Origin: a virus
Taxonomy: Duplodnaviria > Caudoviricetes
Virus record (IMG/VR): IMGVR_UViG_3300026258_000271
Span: 32,001-96,000 of that record
DNA: 64,000 nucleotides
Direction: 5' to 3' (one strand)
The position numbers were made by a program, and so were the translations under genes. The notes under the pieces were generated by a model, which ran no database searches, was not told the DNA's origin, and was given only the letters and a program-made list of their open reading frames with translations. This document shows, one piece after another, positions 18,587-28,717 of the stretch (positions are counted from its first letter, which is position 1; each line of letters opens with the position of its first letter).

Positions 18587-19331
18587 TACACCACTCCTTG
18601 TCCATGATGTGTAAATCTTGTCCAGATGTGAAATTTACTTTGTCATCATATTTGAATATTACACCGTCATCATCACTGTCAATTACATCAACAGAATCGG
18701 CCAACATCGGCATGGCTGTTTTTATAAAGTTTCCAACTTTCATTTGATGCATGGCAATGGCGAATGCATAATCATTCCTAAAGTTTGGATATCTTATCCT
18801 GTACAGGTTTCTGTAATGAATATAGTTGTTTTGAACATGCGTTATCATGTCGAATACTGCACGTGTGTTTTTGCATTTACGAAACAAAGTGACTGTTGCC
18901 CATACTAATTTCAGTGTTGCTTCGTCTGTGCCTTTAATACTGTCCTGTCCTGTGAGATCATGTACTTTGTCATGCAACATTATTTCAAAGTTAGTTTTTG
19001 TCAATTCCAAAAGCACCGATGAAAAAACAAAATAATCACAGTCCATTAATATAGTAATGTCATAGGGGGAGTGGTCATAGGCCATACTTCTTTCCTTGTT
19101 GTACCAGGCAACACTATTTCCCCTGTAAGGCCTTGTGTTGGTTGTAGAATTTTCAATCAACTTGTAATTGATCATGCCCATTGGCTTCATTTCTTTGTAC
19201 GTTTCCATATTGGTCACGATAGTGATTTCTAGATTTAGATGTTTACGTATTTGGTGTACACAACGCTCTGCCAACTTGTGATATTTTACTTCGGGGGTGT
19301 CGAAACAATACAATAATACGCCAGTTGTCAT
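18579..19331 (-). CDS. GT-A (GT8-like) glycosyltransferase
   Basis: SPYDITILMDCD DxD motif, RNDYAFAIA; paralog of 17786..18586. Confidence 0.68.
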   Translation of the reverse strand: MTTGVLLYCFDTPEVKYHKLAERCVHQIRKHLNLEITIVTNMETYKEMKPMGMINYKLIENSTTNTRPYRGNSVAWYNKERSMAYDHSPYDITILMDCDYFVFSSVLLELTKTNFEIMLHDKVHDLTGQDSIKGTDEATLKLVWATVTLFRKCKNTRAVFDMITHVQNNYIHYRNLYRIRYPNFRNDYAFAIAMHQMKVGNFIKTAMPMLADSVDVIDSDDDGVIFKYDDKVNFTSGQDLHIMDKEWCNG

Positions 19332-19648
19332 TTAGATCTCTTGTTAGCGAGATCCTCGTGTAGTAGATGATAAGCGTTTAATGTCTCCTGGTTTCTTTCT
19401 ATCAATTTTTCAAGAAAAACTTGTGGTTCTTTTATGTGACAGGGATTGTCGTTTACATCTAAAACATAGAACTCGTCTTTGATTTGTTTAAGTGTGCTTA
19501 CCAGATTAATGGTATCGGCATCCGCACTGAACAGTCTCTCGTTGTATGCGATTATCTGTCTAGATCGCAATTTCTCAAGAGCGTTCTTTTTTGCTTGGGC
19601 TACCTCGAAGTTGAGGTCAGCGTGTTGTTTAAGATTGCCAATATCCAT
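19328..19648 (-). CDS. hypothetical phage protein
   Basis: 106-aa ORF heading the modification operon. Confidence 0.75.
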   Translation of the reverse strand: MDIGNLKQHADLNFEVAQAKKNALEKLRSRQIIAYNERLFSADADTINLVSTLKQIKDEFYVLDVNDNPCHIKEPQVFLEKLIERNQETLNAYHLLHEDLANKRSK

Positions 19649-19723
19649 AACTGAATTATACAGTTAATTATTTTGGCCGTCAATTGGTAAAGGAAGAATT
19701 GGTCCTGCGAATAGTTATTATTA

Positions 19724-20710
19724 TTAGGCTGTTGTGTTACTTGCGATCGCACTCGCTGAGATGGACGCCACACTTGCTAGACCCTGTGCTGTTGTTGGGT
19801 TGACTGTGTGTAGTGCAAAGTCAGTCTGTCCAATGAAGTTTGCGTACTGGTCAACACCTGATGTGTTACCACTTGTGAATTCACTGTCTCCGGAGTCTGC
19901 ATCAGTCAATGTCATCTTGACAGTGACTATCGTGTCGTTTCCGTACGTTCCGTTGTTGACTTTTGCCTCACCTTTGAGTGTCATTGAAGTGTAAGTTCCT
20001 GATGACTGTGTAAGTAGGAATATTGTTGAGTAACCTGTTCCAAGGTCTGCCACGCCGTTCGCAAAACCATCTGTGGATAGTGTCTCACCTGATCCTGATC
20101 TTGTTGACGTTGCCGAACCTATGTCGAAGTTGCCCATCGCTGTGATCATTTCATCAACTGATCCATCTTTTGATGTTGCTGAACCACCACCGTTACCAGT
20201 TCTTGTAAGTTTGACTCTGATCCTACCACCTGCGTTGAAGAAGTGTCTTAGGTTGTCGCCACTTGCAAAAGTTACTGTAAATTCTACTGTGTGTGATCCT
20301 GTCCATCTTGTTGATGACTGAGCACTTTGTAATTCCGATGACTCTGCAACCGCTGTTGCCGATGGACATCCTGCCGCTACTGCCGCCGCTAATGATGCCA
20401 AGTCTGCTTCTACAGCCGCTTTTATCTTGATCGTGTCACCTGATGTGACCTGTGTTCTTGCTGTTACTGAAACGTTTGTGTGATTGGCTATGTTGTCCAT
20501 AGCAGTCAATAAACTATTCCAGTGTGCCGCTGTGATTGTTGTATCTCCGCCGGACACAACTGGGATATGCGTTTGCCCTAAACCGTAAAGTCCGTCAGCG
20601 CCTGAGCCACCTGTTCCTGCAAAGTGGTTGTATCCAAATGGACTTGATGAACTATTGACGAACGTGTTGTATTCGTCGTCTAAAATTTTATCCCCTGCCG
20701 CGTATGCCAT
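19724..20710 (-). CDS. virion structural protein (tail/baseplate)
   Basis: MAY start; Ser/Thr/Gly/Ala-rich; LRHFFNAGG motif seen in jumbo-phage tail proteins. Confidence 0.7.
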   Translation of the reverse strand: MAYAAGDKILDDEYNTFVNSSSSPFGYNHFAGTGGSGADGLYGLGQTHIPVVSGGDTTITAAHWNSLLTAMDNIANHTNVSVTARTQVTSGDTIKIKAAVEADLASLAAAVAAGCPSATAVAESSELQSAQSSTRWTGSHTVEFTVTFASGDNLRHFFNAGGRIRVKLTRTGNGGGSATSKDGSVDEMITAMGNFDIGSATSTRSGSGETLSTDGFANGVADLGTGYSTIFLLTQSSGTYTSMTLKGEAKVNNGTYGNDTIVTVKMTLTDADSGDSEFTSGNTSGVDQYANFIGQTDFALHTVNPTTAQGLASVASISASAIASNTTA

Positions 20711-20714
20711 ACTT

Positions 20715-22340
20715 TTATTTAATTCCTATTACACACTCAGTTAATTGTGTGCCTTCGTTATATTTATCCTTGATTAGACGTCCCAACACATTAAAAGCAG
20801 TACACTCGCTTAAATTGGCCACCCTTGCTTCGCCGTTTCCTGCAGAAACTACACGGTCACCTGCTTTACCAGTGCCTTTTAATTTAACAAACACTCTCCC
20901 TTTTAGTGCTACCATTGGGTGTGTGTCGTTATTTCCGGCCTCTGCATTCATCAAAAATGCTGGTGAATCAGATATGACCCCAAATACTGCATCTGAAAGT
21001 TCATCGTTGCATTTTGTTATCTCTGCAGAACCTCCTAGAATGACTACTTCTCCAATCGCCAATGGACCATCGGATTCGTACCTCTCAGCCAAATCCGCGT
21101 ATTGTGCCGCTGTGGCTGTCGCATGTACCACGTTCGCTCTAATATCTACCAACGTTGGGGCAGACATCTCTGTGCCACCAACATCTGATGATTTGAATGC
21201 TGTCCAGGCTCCGCCTGAATTGCCATAAATTGTTGTGCCGTCATCTGCAAACGTTTCGTCCCATACCCAAAACAGATCTTGTTCTGTGGCTGTTGATGCA
21301 TCGCCTCTGTTTACTTTGATTCCTGAATAACTAGGCATGCCTGAGTTGGATGACACATTTCTGTTTAATTCTATAATGTTGTCTTCAACAGTCAGAGTTG
21401 ATGTGTTGCTTGTGATGGAATCACCATCCACTGTTAGGCTACCGTGTATTCTTACATCACCACTGTCACCTTGCATAGTCAATACTGTTTTTGTTGCACC
21501 ACCGTCATTTACTGTGAATGCTATGTTTCCGTCCTGTGTAACATTGGCAATAGTGAAGTTATCACCCGACATGGTCATGGTGATGTCACTACCTGCACCA
21601 ATCCTTAGACCGTTGTCATTTAATATTTCCAAATGACCCGACGTCGAATCGTTTCCGTCTGATCTTAAGAAGTTTGCAACCGCAACTCCGCCAAGTGCGT
21701 CTGAGTCTGTTGCTGTACCTCTGAACTTCGCACTTGATACTGTGCTTGAAAGTTGAACACCCTGTGCCACTGATGCGAAACCTGCCGCTATCAAGGCCGC
21801 CGCATTGGTTTCACTCGAATCTGGAGTGAACGCAAGGTTGGATACTATACCAACCACTGTGTCTTGGGTCACAAGTTTTAATATTGATCTAAACACACCT
21901 GTGTTGTCTTTCACAGTTTCTGTCACAACCTGTGTCACGCCCGATCCTGCAATCGTAGTTGGTCCAATCAGTGTGAATGCTGTACCGTCGTAACAGTACA
22001 ACTGACTGTTTGCTGTGTCAAACCAAAGATCGCCTTTGACAGCATTTGATGGTGCAGTGGCCGAATTGGTCGGTGAACCAACCGGTTTGAATTTTGTACC
22101 ATCGTAAACGTTTATCTGTTTGTTGGTTTGATCGAACCAAAGTTGTCCTTGTATCTTGTTTGAAGGTGCAGATGTGTTGTTAAAATTCTCTAATAGTTTG
22201 ATAAGGTTCTCATTCAGTTTCTCACCAAAACCTGCGTAACCTTTTCCAAATAGTGTGAGGTCCGTTGTGGCCGTATCAATGGTTCCATCTGCTAGAGTCA
22301 CCAATAGGGTACCGAATGTGTTGTTAATCTTATACGCCAT
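20715..22340 (-). CDS. tail fibre protein with C-terminal intramolecular chaperone (peptidase G2-like)
   Basis: N-terminal GKGYAGFGE..NEN..LLENF..P...GQLWFD baseplate-anchor motif; C-terminal YADLAERY...GRVFVK..G..GD. Confidence 0.78.
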   Translation of the reverse strand: MAYKINNTFGTLLVTLADGTIDTATTDLTLFGKGYAGFGEKLNENLIKLLENFNNTSAPSNKIQGQLWFDQTNKQINVYDGTKFKPVGSPTNSATAPSNAVKGDLWFDTANSQLYCYDGTAFTLIGPTTIAGSGVTQVVTETVKDNTGVFRSILKLVTQDTVVGIVSNLAFTPDSSETNAAALIAAGFASVAQGVQLSSTVSSAKFRGTATDSDALGGVAVANFLRSDGNDSTSGHLEILNDNGLRIGAGSDITMTMSGDNFTIANVTQDGNIAFTVNDGGATKTVLTMQGDSGDVRIHGSLTVDGDSITSNTSTLTVEDNIIELNRNVSSNSGMPSYSGIKVNRGDASTATEQDLFWVWDETFADDGTTIYGNSGGAWTAFKSSDVGGTEMSAPTLVDIRANVVHATATAAQYADLAERYESDGPLAIGEVVILGGSAEITKCNDELSDAVFGVISDSPAFLMNAEAGNNDTHPMVALKGRVFVKLKGTGKAGDRVVSAGNGEARVANLSECTAFNVLGRLIKDKYNEGTQLTECVIGIK

Positions 22341-22347
22341 GTACGGA

Positions 22348-22354
22348 TATTTAT
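22348..22354 (-). promoter_or_regulatory. T4-type late promoter (ATAAATA)
   Basis: ATAAATA on the minus strand 7 nt upstream of the tail-fibre ATG. Confidence 0.55.
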
Positions 22355-23232
22355 GCTTCGATTAAAGGCTTTGTGTACCTGCTAAATTTAGTGTAAAAGT
22401 GCCCATCTATCGGTTTTCCGTAATTTGGGTCTGCTTTGAGCAGATGAAATGTCAATCCAATCTTCCATTTGATCTTGTCAATATTATAATTGCTTGAACC
22501 GTGGATAGCACACGAATCTTGTACAATGGCATTGCCTGGACTCCAAGCAAACGTGTTTTCTATGCTTATCCCTTCGTATGCCGAAAGTGATACATTTTCA
22601 CTCACATGTTTTTGGAACCATTCTTGAGGAATCGCTCCATATTTTACATTTTCAACACCATATTCTTCGTATGGTCTTTCTCGCAACACGTTGCTGTAAC
22701 TAGGAAAATATTTGTTTTGCCTTCCCTTCTGGAATTGTGTGCCTCGGCTTTTGTAACGCTGTTCACAGATATAATAGAATAGTTCTACATCATCTGACAT
22801 GGCTATGGGTATGATTATGTCCTTGTATGGCTTGTAACCTTGAATGTGAGTCACGCAATCTGTGTGCAACTGATATGGAGATACTATTTTGAAAAACTGA
22901 TCACCAACATTTATGGGATCGTCACTCACATCGCTGTAATATGTAAAGTCACCGAATTGTTTTTGCAATTTGCTGTGTGTGATTTCTCTTACAAGTTCAT
23001 ATCTACTAGGATGATTTATATGTAAGATCTTGTTGTTAATGTTTTCTCCGTTTTCTTCATACTCTTGATTGAAAAAATTTAACAAGGCAGATATTTCGCC
23101 TTCGTCGATGAAATTTTCAATCATGTAGGATGGTTCATCTTCATTTTCAAAAAATCTTATATCTGGGTCATGTATTATGTCCTTGTCTGGGGGAAGTACA
23201 CTAGCCGGGTTGGATTTGTAAAATTTAGGCAT
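22351..23232 (-). CDS. 2OG-Fe(II) dioxygenase-like protein
   Basis: HTD...IHG facial triad; paralog of 23225..24136; start moved to MPKFYK. Confidence 0.6.
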   Translation of the reverse strand: MPKFYKSNPASVLPPDKDIIHDPDIRFFENEDEPSYMIENFIDEGEISALLNFFNQEYEENGENINNKILHINHPSRYELVREITHSKLQKQFGDFTYYSDVSDDPINVGDQFFKIVSPYQLHTDCVTHIQGYKPYKDIIIPIAMSDDVELFYYICEQRYKSRGTQFQKGRQNKYFPSYSNVLRERPYEEYGVENVKYGAIPQEWFQKHVSENVSLSAYEGISIENTFAWSPGNAIVQDSCAIHGSSNYNIDKIKWKIGLTFHLLKADPNYGKPIDGHFYTKFSRYTKPLIEA

Positions 23233-24136
23233 CTTCCTCCATTCTTGGATCTGCCTTGCATTCGCTGAACCCTTGCATCTGGGGGAAAACACTGAATACT
23301 GTAGAAGGCTTGTATTCAGGGATATTTTTAAACAGTCTGAGTGTGATGCCTAGTTTATACTTGCCACCTTTAATTTTGTAGTTTGTTGCACCGTGTATCA
23401 TAGAACTGTCTGTAACAATGGCTCTGCCAGGTGTCCATGGCAACATTTTATTAAGACTGAAGCCTTGAAGCATTTCGTAATTATAAATTTCACCAAAGTA
23501 TTCATCATACCAGTCTTTAGATATCATCTTGTCAGGATCAGATTCATAGTTTTTAAAAAACTTATATTCTCCATATGGCTTCTCTCTCATGATATCTGAA
23601 TAAAGAGCAAACATATTATCAATGTGTTTATATTTGAAATGGCATCCTCTTCCGTACCAACGTTGATTAAATGTGTAGTATGGCGAATCTACACCGCCCT
23701 CCATTTCTAAAGGAATCAAAACATCTTTGTATGGCACATAGCCAGGTATGTGAATCAATGAATCTGTGTGAGGAGCAAAAATTCCTTGTTGCCAAAAATA
23801 AAAATCAGAACTTTGTTTTTGTTTATCGTTATTGATATCACTGTAACTGAACCATTTGCCAAATTGTTCATTAAGTTTTGGAATTAATATTTCTCTCAAT
23901 TCAGGATAGTTCAGAGGATATACCAAAAAGAAATGGCTTTTATTCAACTGAACAACTTCGCTTGTTACCCTATCATAATAAAATTTTTTACAATATTCTA
24001 TTTCAAAGTCGTCTAGAAAATCTATTTGGTATGGCTGTTCTTCTGGAATAAATCCTTCGAACGATTTGTCATCTGGATTGTGTACCAGGTCTTTACCATA
24101 AACTCCTAGTTGTTTTGCTTTATGTACGTGAGTCAT
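23225..24136 (-). CDS. 2OG-Fe(II) dioxygenase-like protein
   Basis: PHTD...IHG...K; shares HTD..HI.GY.PYKD..IP with its neighbour. Confidence 0.6.
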   Translation of the reverse strand: MTHVHKAKQLGVYGKDLVHNPDDKSFEGFIPEEQPYQIDFLDDFEIEYCKKFYYDRVTSEVVQLNKSHFFLVYPLNYPELREILIPKLNEQFGKWFSYSDINNDKQKQSSDFYFWQQGIFAPHTDSLIHIPGYVPYKDVLIPLEMEGGVDSPYYTFNQRWYGRGCHFKYKHIDNMFALYSDIMREKPYGEYKFFKNYESDPDKMISKDWYDEYFGEIYNYEMLQGFSLNKMLPWTPGRAIVTDSSMIHGATNYKIKGGKYKLGITLRLFKNIPEYKPSTVFSVFPQMQGFSECKADPRMEEDA

Positions 24137-24650
24137 ACATCTCCAATAGTTCTTTTATTGATTGTGTAAAGGACATCTGAAAACTATACCTATCATGATT
24201 TGTTTCATTAAATGCATTATGTAATGTGTCCGTGGTTGCTAATAAAGATTTTTTTGAATAAAGATGCGTGTGTGCTACGTTTTTATTCTCGTCGTAAAAT
24301 TCTAACCTAGTTTCCTGGGGCATGTCGTCTGGAGCCAACAAGGTAAGCAAAACACAATTTCTGTGCTTTGTATGGTGAGCGTCTATGTGTGGTGCCATAT
24401 CTGTATTTGGCTTCAACCTTATGAAATTCATTGTTGCTGGAGCACACATAAGTTTTGTAATAATCTCTTTGGCTTCTAACATTTCCTTTGATACAGTCAA
24501 TTGATCGTCATAGGTACTGCATACCTCATAGTTTGTTTTTTGTTTGCTCAGTATAGATTTGTGATATTTGAAAGTATTTGCTTTAGCCTGTTGCAAAAGT
24601 TTTGCCCTAAGGTTAGCGTCAAACTCAAAGTCTAATTCATGGCAATACAT
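24120..24650 (-). CDS. 2OG-Fe(II) oxygenase (AspH-like)
   Basis: PHID...LHNAFN...R. Confidence 0.68.
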   Translation of the reverse strand: MYCHELDFEFDANLRAKLLQQAKANTFKYHKSILSKQKTNYEVCSTYDDQLTVSKEMLEAKEIITKLMCAPATMNFIRLKPNTDMAPHIDAHHTKHRNCVLLTLLAPDDMPQETRLEFYDENKNVAHTHLYSKKSLLATTDTLHNAFNETNHDRYSFQMSFTQSIKELLEMYDSRT

Positions 24651-25117
24651 TTTATATCTCCAAAAGGTACGTCATGAATGCCCATATGAAAAACAATTCT
24701 TTCTTTTGTTGGTGCTTTGACACCATGGGCAACTTTTGTATTAATTACAGTCATATTGTTGTACAGCACTTCTGTGCCATCGGCAAAATATAGTTCTCCT
24801 GTCATTTCTGTCATTGGTATTACAACAGAACATTTGCTCAACACATCTGTGTGTAACGGAAGTTCTCCCCCGGGCAATACACGAAAGAAATTACAACGCC
24901 ATTCTTGAGGGCGTATACCAAGGTAATTCCATATTTTTTTAATTTCTCTTAACAAAGGCCTATCAAAACTTTTTATTTCTTGTACGAAAAATTTGTTGTT
25001 TTCCCAACTCATATATTCTTTATACAAATCGTTACTGTCTTCCCATTGATTGTTCATATAACTTTTGAGCAACAACTCGTTCACAGGATAATTTGTTTCT
25101 ATGTAATTAAGCATCAA
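24632..25117 (-). CDS. 2OG-Fe(II) oxygenase (AspH-like)
   Basis: LPLHTD...AHGV...ER. Confidence 0.68.
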   Translation of the reverse strand: MMLNYIETNYPVNELLLKSYMNNQWEDSNDLYKEYMSWENNKFFVQEIKSFDRPLLREIKKIWNYLGIRPQEWRCNFFRVLPGGELPLHTDVLSKCSVVIPMTEMTGELYFADGTEVLYNNMTVINTKVAHGVKAPTKERIVFHMGIHDVPFGDIKCIAMN

Positions 25118-25931
25118 GATCCTCCTGTCCTAAGAAAGATATTATAATGTGTGCTCTCGTTGTTTTGCCTTTGTTCCATGCACTATGTTTCAAACCTTGG
25201 TTAAGAAACCAACATTCTCCAGGGGCCATTGTTTGTTCGTGTTTTACACCATTTTTATCTATGACATGGAAGCCGCACCCTTCATTTGTTGTCAGTGGTA
25301 TGTGATATCTCACACTGTAATCTGTATTGTAGTCTATGTGATCACCAATATATGCACCTGGATCCATCACAGCAATTCTGGCCCTTGTGTGCTCGGCTTT
25401 GAAACTGTTCAGCACTTCTTCTATGTATGTGCCCTTTACCCAATCTTTGACTTTGTTATAATGTCTTTCATCCAATCTTTTTTTTGGAATTTTTTTGTCA
25501 TAGACTCTGTCTTCCATTTCAGGATTGTATTCAGTGAGTGCTATTTGCTTGTATGGAGATCCATTTACTTCAAACTTGCCTTCTTTATCTTTTACTATGT
25601 AATTCTCATACGGTTTGACATAATTCCTATAATCCCAGGCCATACGTTTGTTTCCTAGTGCTTTCGTAATCTGACTGTCGTTTTTGTATAATTCGGATTC
25701 GGCCACATCGTTGTTCACTAAAAATTCGTAGGCATCTTCTATGCTTGTAAATTTTAATCCAAATGCTTTTTGCAATTTTGATGTCTTTCCTCCAACAAGG
25801 TCGCCATACCCTTCCTTTACTTTTAGATCATCTTCCTGTACAGGCATTTTCCTCACTATCTCATTAATGCGTTCCACATCAAATGTGTAGGGTAATTTCT
25901 TGAATGCAGGTAATTGATCTCTCTTTAACAT
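25107..25931 (-). CDS. aspartyl/asparaginyl beta-hydroxylase-domain protein
   Basis: HID, RYHIPLTTN, HSAWNKG..RAH; start moved to MLKRDQ. Confidence 0.82.
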   Translation of the reverse strand: MLKRDQLPAFKKLPYTFDVERINEIVRKMPVQEDDLKVKEGYGDLVGGKTSKLQKAFGLKFTSIEDAYEFLVNNDVAESELYKNDSQITKALGNKRMAWDYRNYVKPYENYIVKDKEGKFEVNGSPYKQIALTEYNPEMEDRVYDKKIPKKRLDERHYNKVKDWVKGTYIEEVLNSFKAEHTRARIAVMDPGAYIGDHIDYNTDYSVRYHIPLTTNEGCGFHVIDKNGVKHEQTMAPGECWFLNQGLKHSAWNKGKTTRAHIIISFLGQEDLDA

Positions 25932-26458
25932 AATTCTGTACATGCCTTGTATTGCCAACACTCGTCGAATTTAGGATCGCACACAGCCACCTTGTCTTCC
26001 AGCATTTGCCATTTTGTCCCTGTCTTCTCGCCAATGTTCTCTATAAGTTTTTTCAGATGCCTGGGAGATCTGCATCTGCTTATAAACGCTTTTTTGTAAC
26101 CTAATTCTTTTGCCATCTCTAATTGTTGCCGTACCATCTCGCACACATGATCGTCACCTATTACTTTGGACGTCCTACGCATGTCGGCAGATTCGTAGTA
26201 TCGATTCAGTATTCTTACTTCGCCTTTGTCGAAATATTCTTCTCTGTGTATAATGCTTGAGAATCCAACTATCTCATCTTTGCGTTCGTAGATACTTATT
26301 GCCTCTAGATTCAACCAGTCTATATCTTTGTAGTTGTCGGCCAATCTATCTGATTCGTTAAACTTGTATTCTTTCAGTTTCCTTAAAACGTCTGTCCTTT
26401 CGTGCGGAAGAAACGTAGTGGACTGAGCAGGTTTATGGCTGTCTAAAGGTTTCAACAT
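25925..26458 (-). CDS. hypothetical protein, GNAT-like
   Basis: IVGFS, VRILNRYY, AKELGYKKAFIS; start moved to MLKPLD. Confidence 0.55.
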   Translation of the reverse strand: MLKPLDSHKPAQSTTFLPHERTDVLRKLKEYKFNESDRLADNYKDIDWLNLEAISIYERKDEIVGFSSIIHREEYFDKGEVRILNRYYESADMRRTSKVIGDDHVCEMVRQQLEMAKELGYKKAFISRCRSPRHLKKLIENIGEKTGTKWQMLEDKVAVCDPKFDECWQYKACTELC

Positions 26459-27023
26459 GATTCCAAAACTCCTTTTTCTTTTTGCCATGCACCAATAGAT
26501 GCACTCTCTCTTCATCAGAATTGTTCTCGACATAATGTTCGTAGTGTATGTTCAACACCAATGGCATTCCGGGCACATAGTCTACTTGTTTGTTATTCAA
26601 CACAAACTTGTTGCCTTTTGGATAACTCAAACAGATGTTCAAAGGTTCCAACCAATTGCGTTCAGGCACATCTATGTGTTTTGTTATATAACCTTTAGGT
26701 TTAATCACAAGAAATCTTACATCGTCTATTCTTGCATATGGCAAACTCTTAACCCATTCTATTGTACGAGGACACCTGTCTCCGATGTCTGTGATTTCGG
26801 GCCTCTTTTTTCTTCTATCGTATTCCCAGTGACTGTTCGTTTTGTCTGAATCAAAGCCATAGAGTGTGACCGCACACCAATCTTTGTGTCCATCTTCTGG
26901 CCTGTGTACCACCAACCTATCTTTGATCAACTCGTATTCTGTCAGAATCTGTTTCACAGGAACGTCAAAGTTCATGTGTACGTACTCTACACTGCTATCT
27001 CTAGTAAACTCTTGAGTATTCAT
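26433..27023 (-). CDS. aspartyl/asparaginyl beta-hydroxylase-domain protein
   Basis: HID...HYVENNSDEERVHL; start moved to MNTQEF. Confidence 0.8.
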   Translation of the reverse strand: MNTQEFTRDSSVEYVHMNFDVPVKQILTEYELIKDRLVVHRPEDGHKDWCAVTLYGFDSDKTNSHWEYDRRKKRPEITDIGDRCPRTIEWVKSLPYARIDDVRFLVIKPKGYITKHIDVPERNWLEPLNICLSYPKGNKFVLNNKQVDYVPGMPLVLNIHYEHYVENNSDEERVHLLVHGKKKKEFWNHVETFRQP

Positions 27024-27567
27024 GATGATCCTTGTGGTTGCCTTCAAATGGTGCTACCAAATTTATTAGAAATCTGTTTGCAGGACCTTTTGCATCGTGT
27101 CCGTAGAAATTCAATATGCCAAATCCCACATAGGAGAGTATAAACAACATTGCATTTACGATCACAGCGTTCCAGCCAAAAAATATTGGCGTCACCATCC
27201 AATGCGTGAAAATTAAGTGCTTTCCGTATTTGTGGAAGAACATCACTCTTGGATTTTTTATCAAGTCTATCATGTATTTCCGCGGTATGTTCTTGACCTT
27301 CCATAAACTGAAAAGTATCACATACCAAGGATGGTTTTTTGGACTGTGTGGGTCCTTGTCTGTGTCTGCATAAGCGTGGTGTATTCTATGAACACCTGCC
27401 CAGGTCAATGCACTCCTACCACCGCATAACAATCCAAAATACAGAAGTACGATTTCTGCCAATGGACTGGCTTTGTAATCACCGTGTGAGAAGTATCTGT
27501 GGTATCCGTAGGTTATTCCTAGTGCCGCCACTACCCAATAAGTCATATATCCGTACAATAGTATCAT
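27001..27567 (-). CDS. membrane fatty-acid (delta-9/DesC-like) desaturase
   Basis: His boxes HRYFSH, HRIHH (followed by DPHSP) and HKDHH; hydrophobic segments. Confidence 0.88.
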   Translation of the reverse strand: MILLYGYMTYWVVAALGITYGYHRYFSHGDYKASPLAEIVLLYFGLLCGGRSALTWAGVHRIHHAYADTDKDPHSPKNHPWYVILFSLWKVKNIPRKYMIDLIKNPRVMFFHKYGKHLIFTHWMVTPIFFGWNAVIVNAMLFILSYVGFGILNFYGHDAKGPANRFLINLVAPFEGNHKDHHEYSRVY

Positions 27568-28265
27568 TTGAAATATTTATAGTCCTCCCAGTCATGCGGT
27601 TTATTTGCATGATTTGTAAAATGCACAAATTTAATATCTGGATGGAATTCGCCTCCAAGATATATGTAATCGTTTCCGGTTAGTTTTCTGTATTTCATTG
27701 TTGTTGCAGTTTGCCATTTGGCCATGTCGCGTCCGCCTATAACGACCTCGTCACTGCACCAACGTGTGACCCAACTTTTAGGAGTAAGTTTCAGTTCCAG
27801 TCTTTCTTTCACAGAATCTTCTACAAAATACTGTTCTCCGTTGATCGGTCCTTTGGTCACTCCGTTATCTATGTAGTGCCTTTGCCATTTAAGATGATCT
27901 TTCATAAACTTGTCGTATATGTATTTGCAGTCTTTGGGATAATACTTGAAGAATCCGCCATTCAAGTTGTAGCCTTCCCTTAATGTGTCCCTCCACCATC
28001 CTGGTATTGACACGAATTCGCCTTTCTTTACAGGAAATTCAAAAAGTTCTTTGTAGTCATTTATAAGCAACACATCGATATCCATAACCACTACCGGCTC
28101 ATCAATGTCCATGTTCATCACAGACATCTTGTTCCATTGCATCAATATATCTTTTTGTATTGGTTCATGTATCCAGTGAAAATCGTATTCTGGTAGTTTG
28201 TCCTGTAGATATTGCTCATACTCTGGACCATACCTATCTCCTATCCTGACTGCAAATATTTTCAT
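27564..28265 (-). CDS. GT-A fold glycosyltransferase-like protein
   Basis: G.RYGPEY, WNK, MDID DxD, NGG, GEQ, VHF. Confidence 0.68.
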   Translation of the reverse strand: MKIFAVRIGDRYGPEYEQYLQDKLPEYDFHWIHEPIQKDILMQWNKMSVMNMDIDEPVVVMDIDVLLINDYKELFEFPVKKGEFVSIPGWWRDTLREGYNLNGGFFKYYPKDCKYIYDKFMKDHLKWQRHYIDNGVTKGPINGEQYFVEDSVKERLELKLTPKSWVTRWCSDEVVIGGRDMAKWQTATTMKYRKLTGNDYIYLGGEFHPDIKFVHFTNHANKPHDWEDYKYFK

Positions 28266-28717
28266 ACCTTGTATCTAATCTCCTTCGCCACAGTATCGAA
28301 ATCCTTGTCTTCCACAGAAAATCTTAAGATAATTCTTTCTTCGTTTGATTTCTTCACGCTGTGTACTCGTTGCACGTCGATAAGTGCCTGTGTGTATTGA
28401 TGATCTTGTCCGTCAATTGTTATCGGTGATGCGTTATCTGACAAAACAAAACACACTGCACATTTGGCTGTGTTTGTGTCAACGTGTGGCTCTACATAGA
28501 AATCCTCACCAATAAAGTACCATCTGGTCTTGCCTTTTATGTTCAAATCTTTCATTATTTTCTTTATTCTAGCATTTTCATAATATGATATCAACCATTT
28601 ACCGGCCTCCTGTGTCTTTGGACCTCCGTGCAGTTCCGCGGTCTCTCTGGCCTTTTCTGCATCGATCAAGAGAGCATTCCGATTGATAGGGTAATCCAAC
28701 TTAACTATACTGGGCAT
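28262..28717 (-). CDS. 2OG-Fe(II) oxygenase (AspH-like)
   Basis: PHVD...VHSV...ER. Confidence 0.68.
   Translation of the reverse strand: MPSIVKLDYPINRNALLIDAEKARETAELHGGPKTQEAGKWLISYYENARIKKIMKDLNIKGKTRWYFIGEDFYVEPHVDTNTAKCAVCFVLSDNASPITIDGQDHQYTQALIDVQRVHSVKKSNEERIILRFSVEDKDFDTVAKEIRYKV

Noticed and set aside
19649-19723. Terminator between the tail genes and the GT operon
   Set aside because: Only a weak 5-bp inverted repeat (AACTG/CAGTT) with no GC-rich stem and U-tract; ATAATTA here may be a variant late promoter but is unsupported.
22351-28717. TET/JBP-type DNA-base oxygenases
   Set aside because: The motifs fit small AspH-like or other 2OG enzymes, and no DNA methyltransferase or thymidylate-synthase homolog is adjacent. 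DNA modification is less likely but needs HMM and LC-MS tests.
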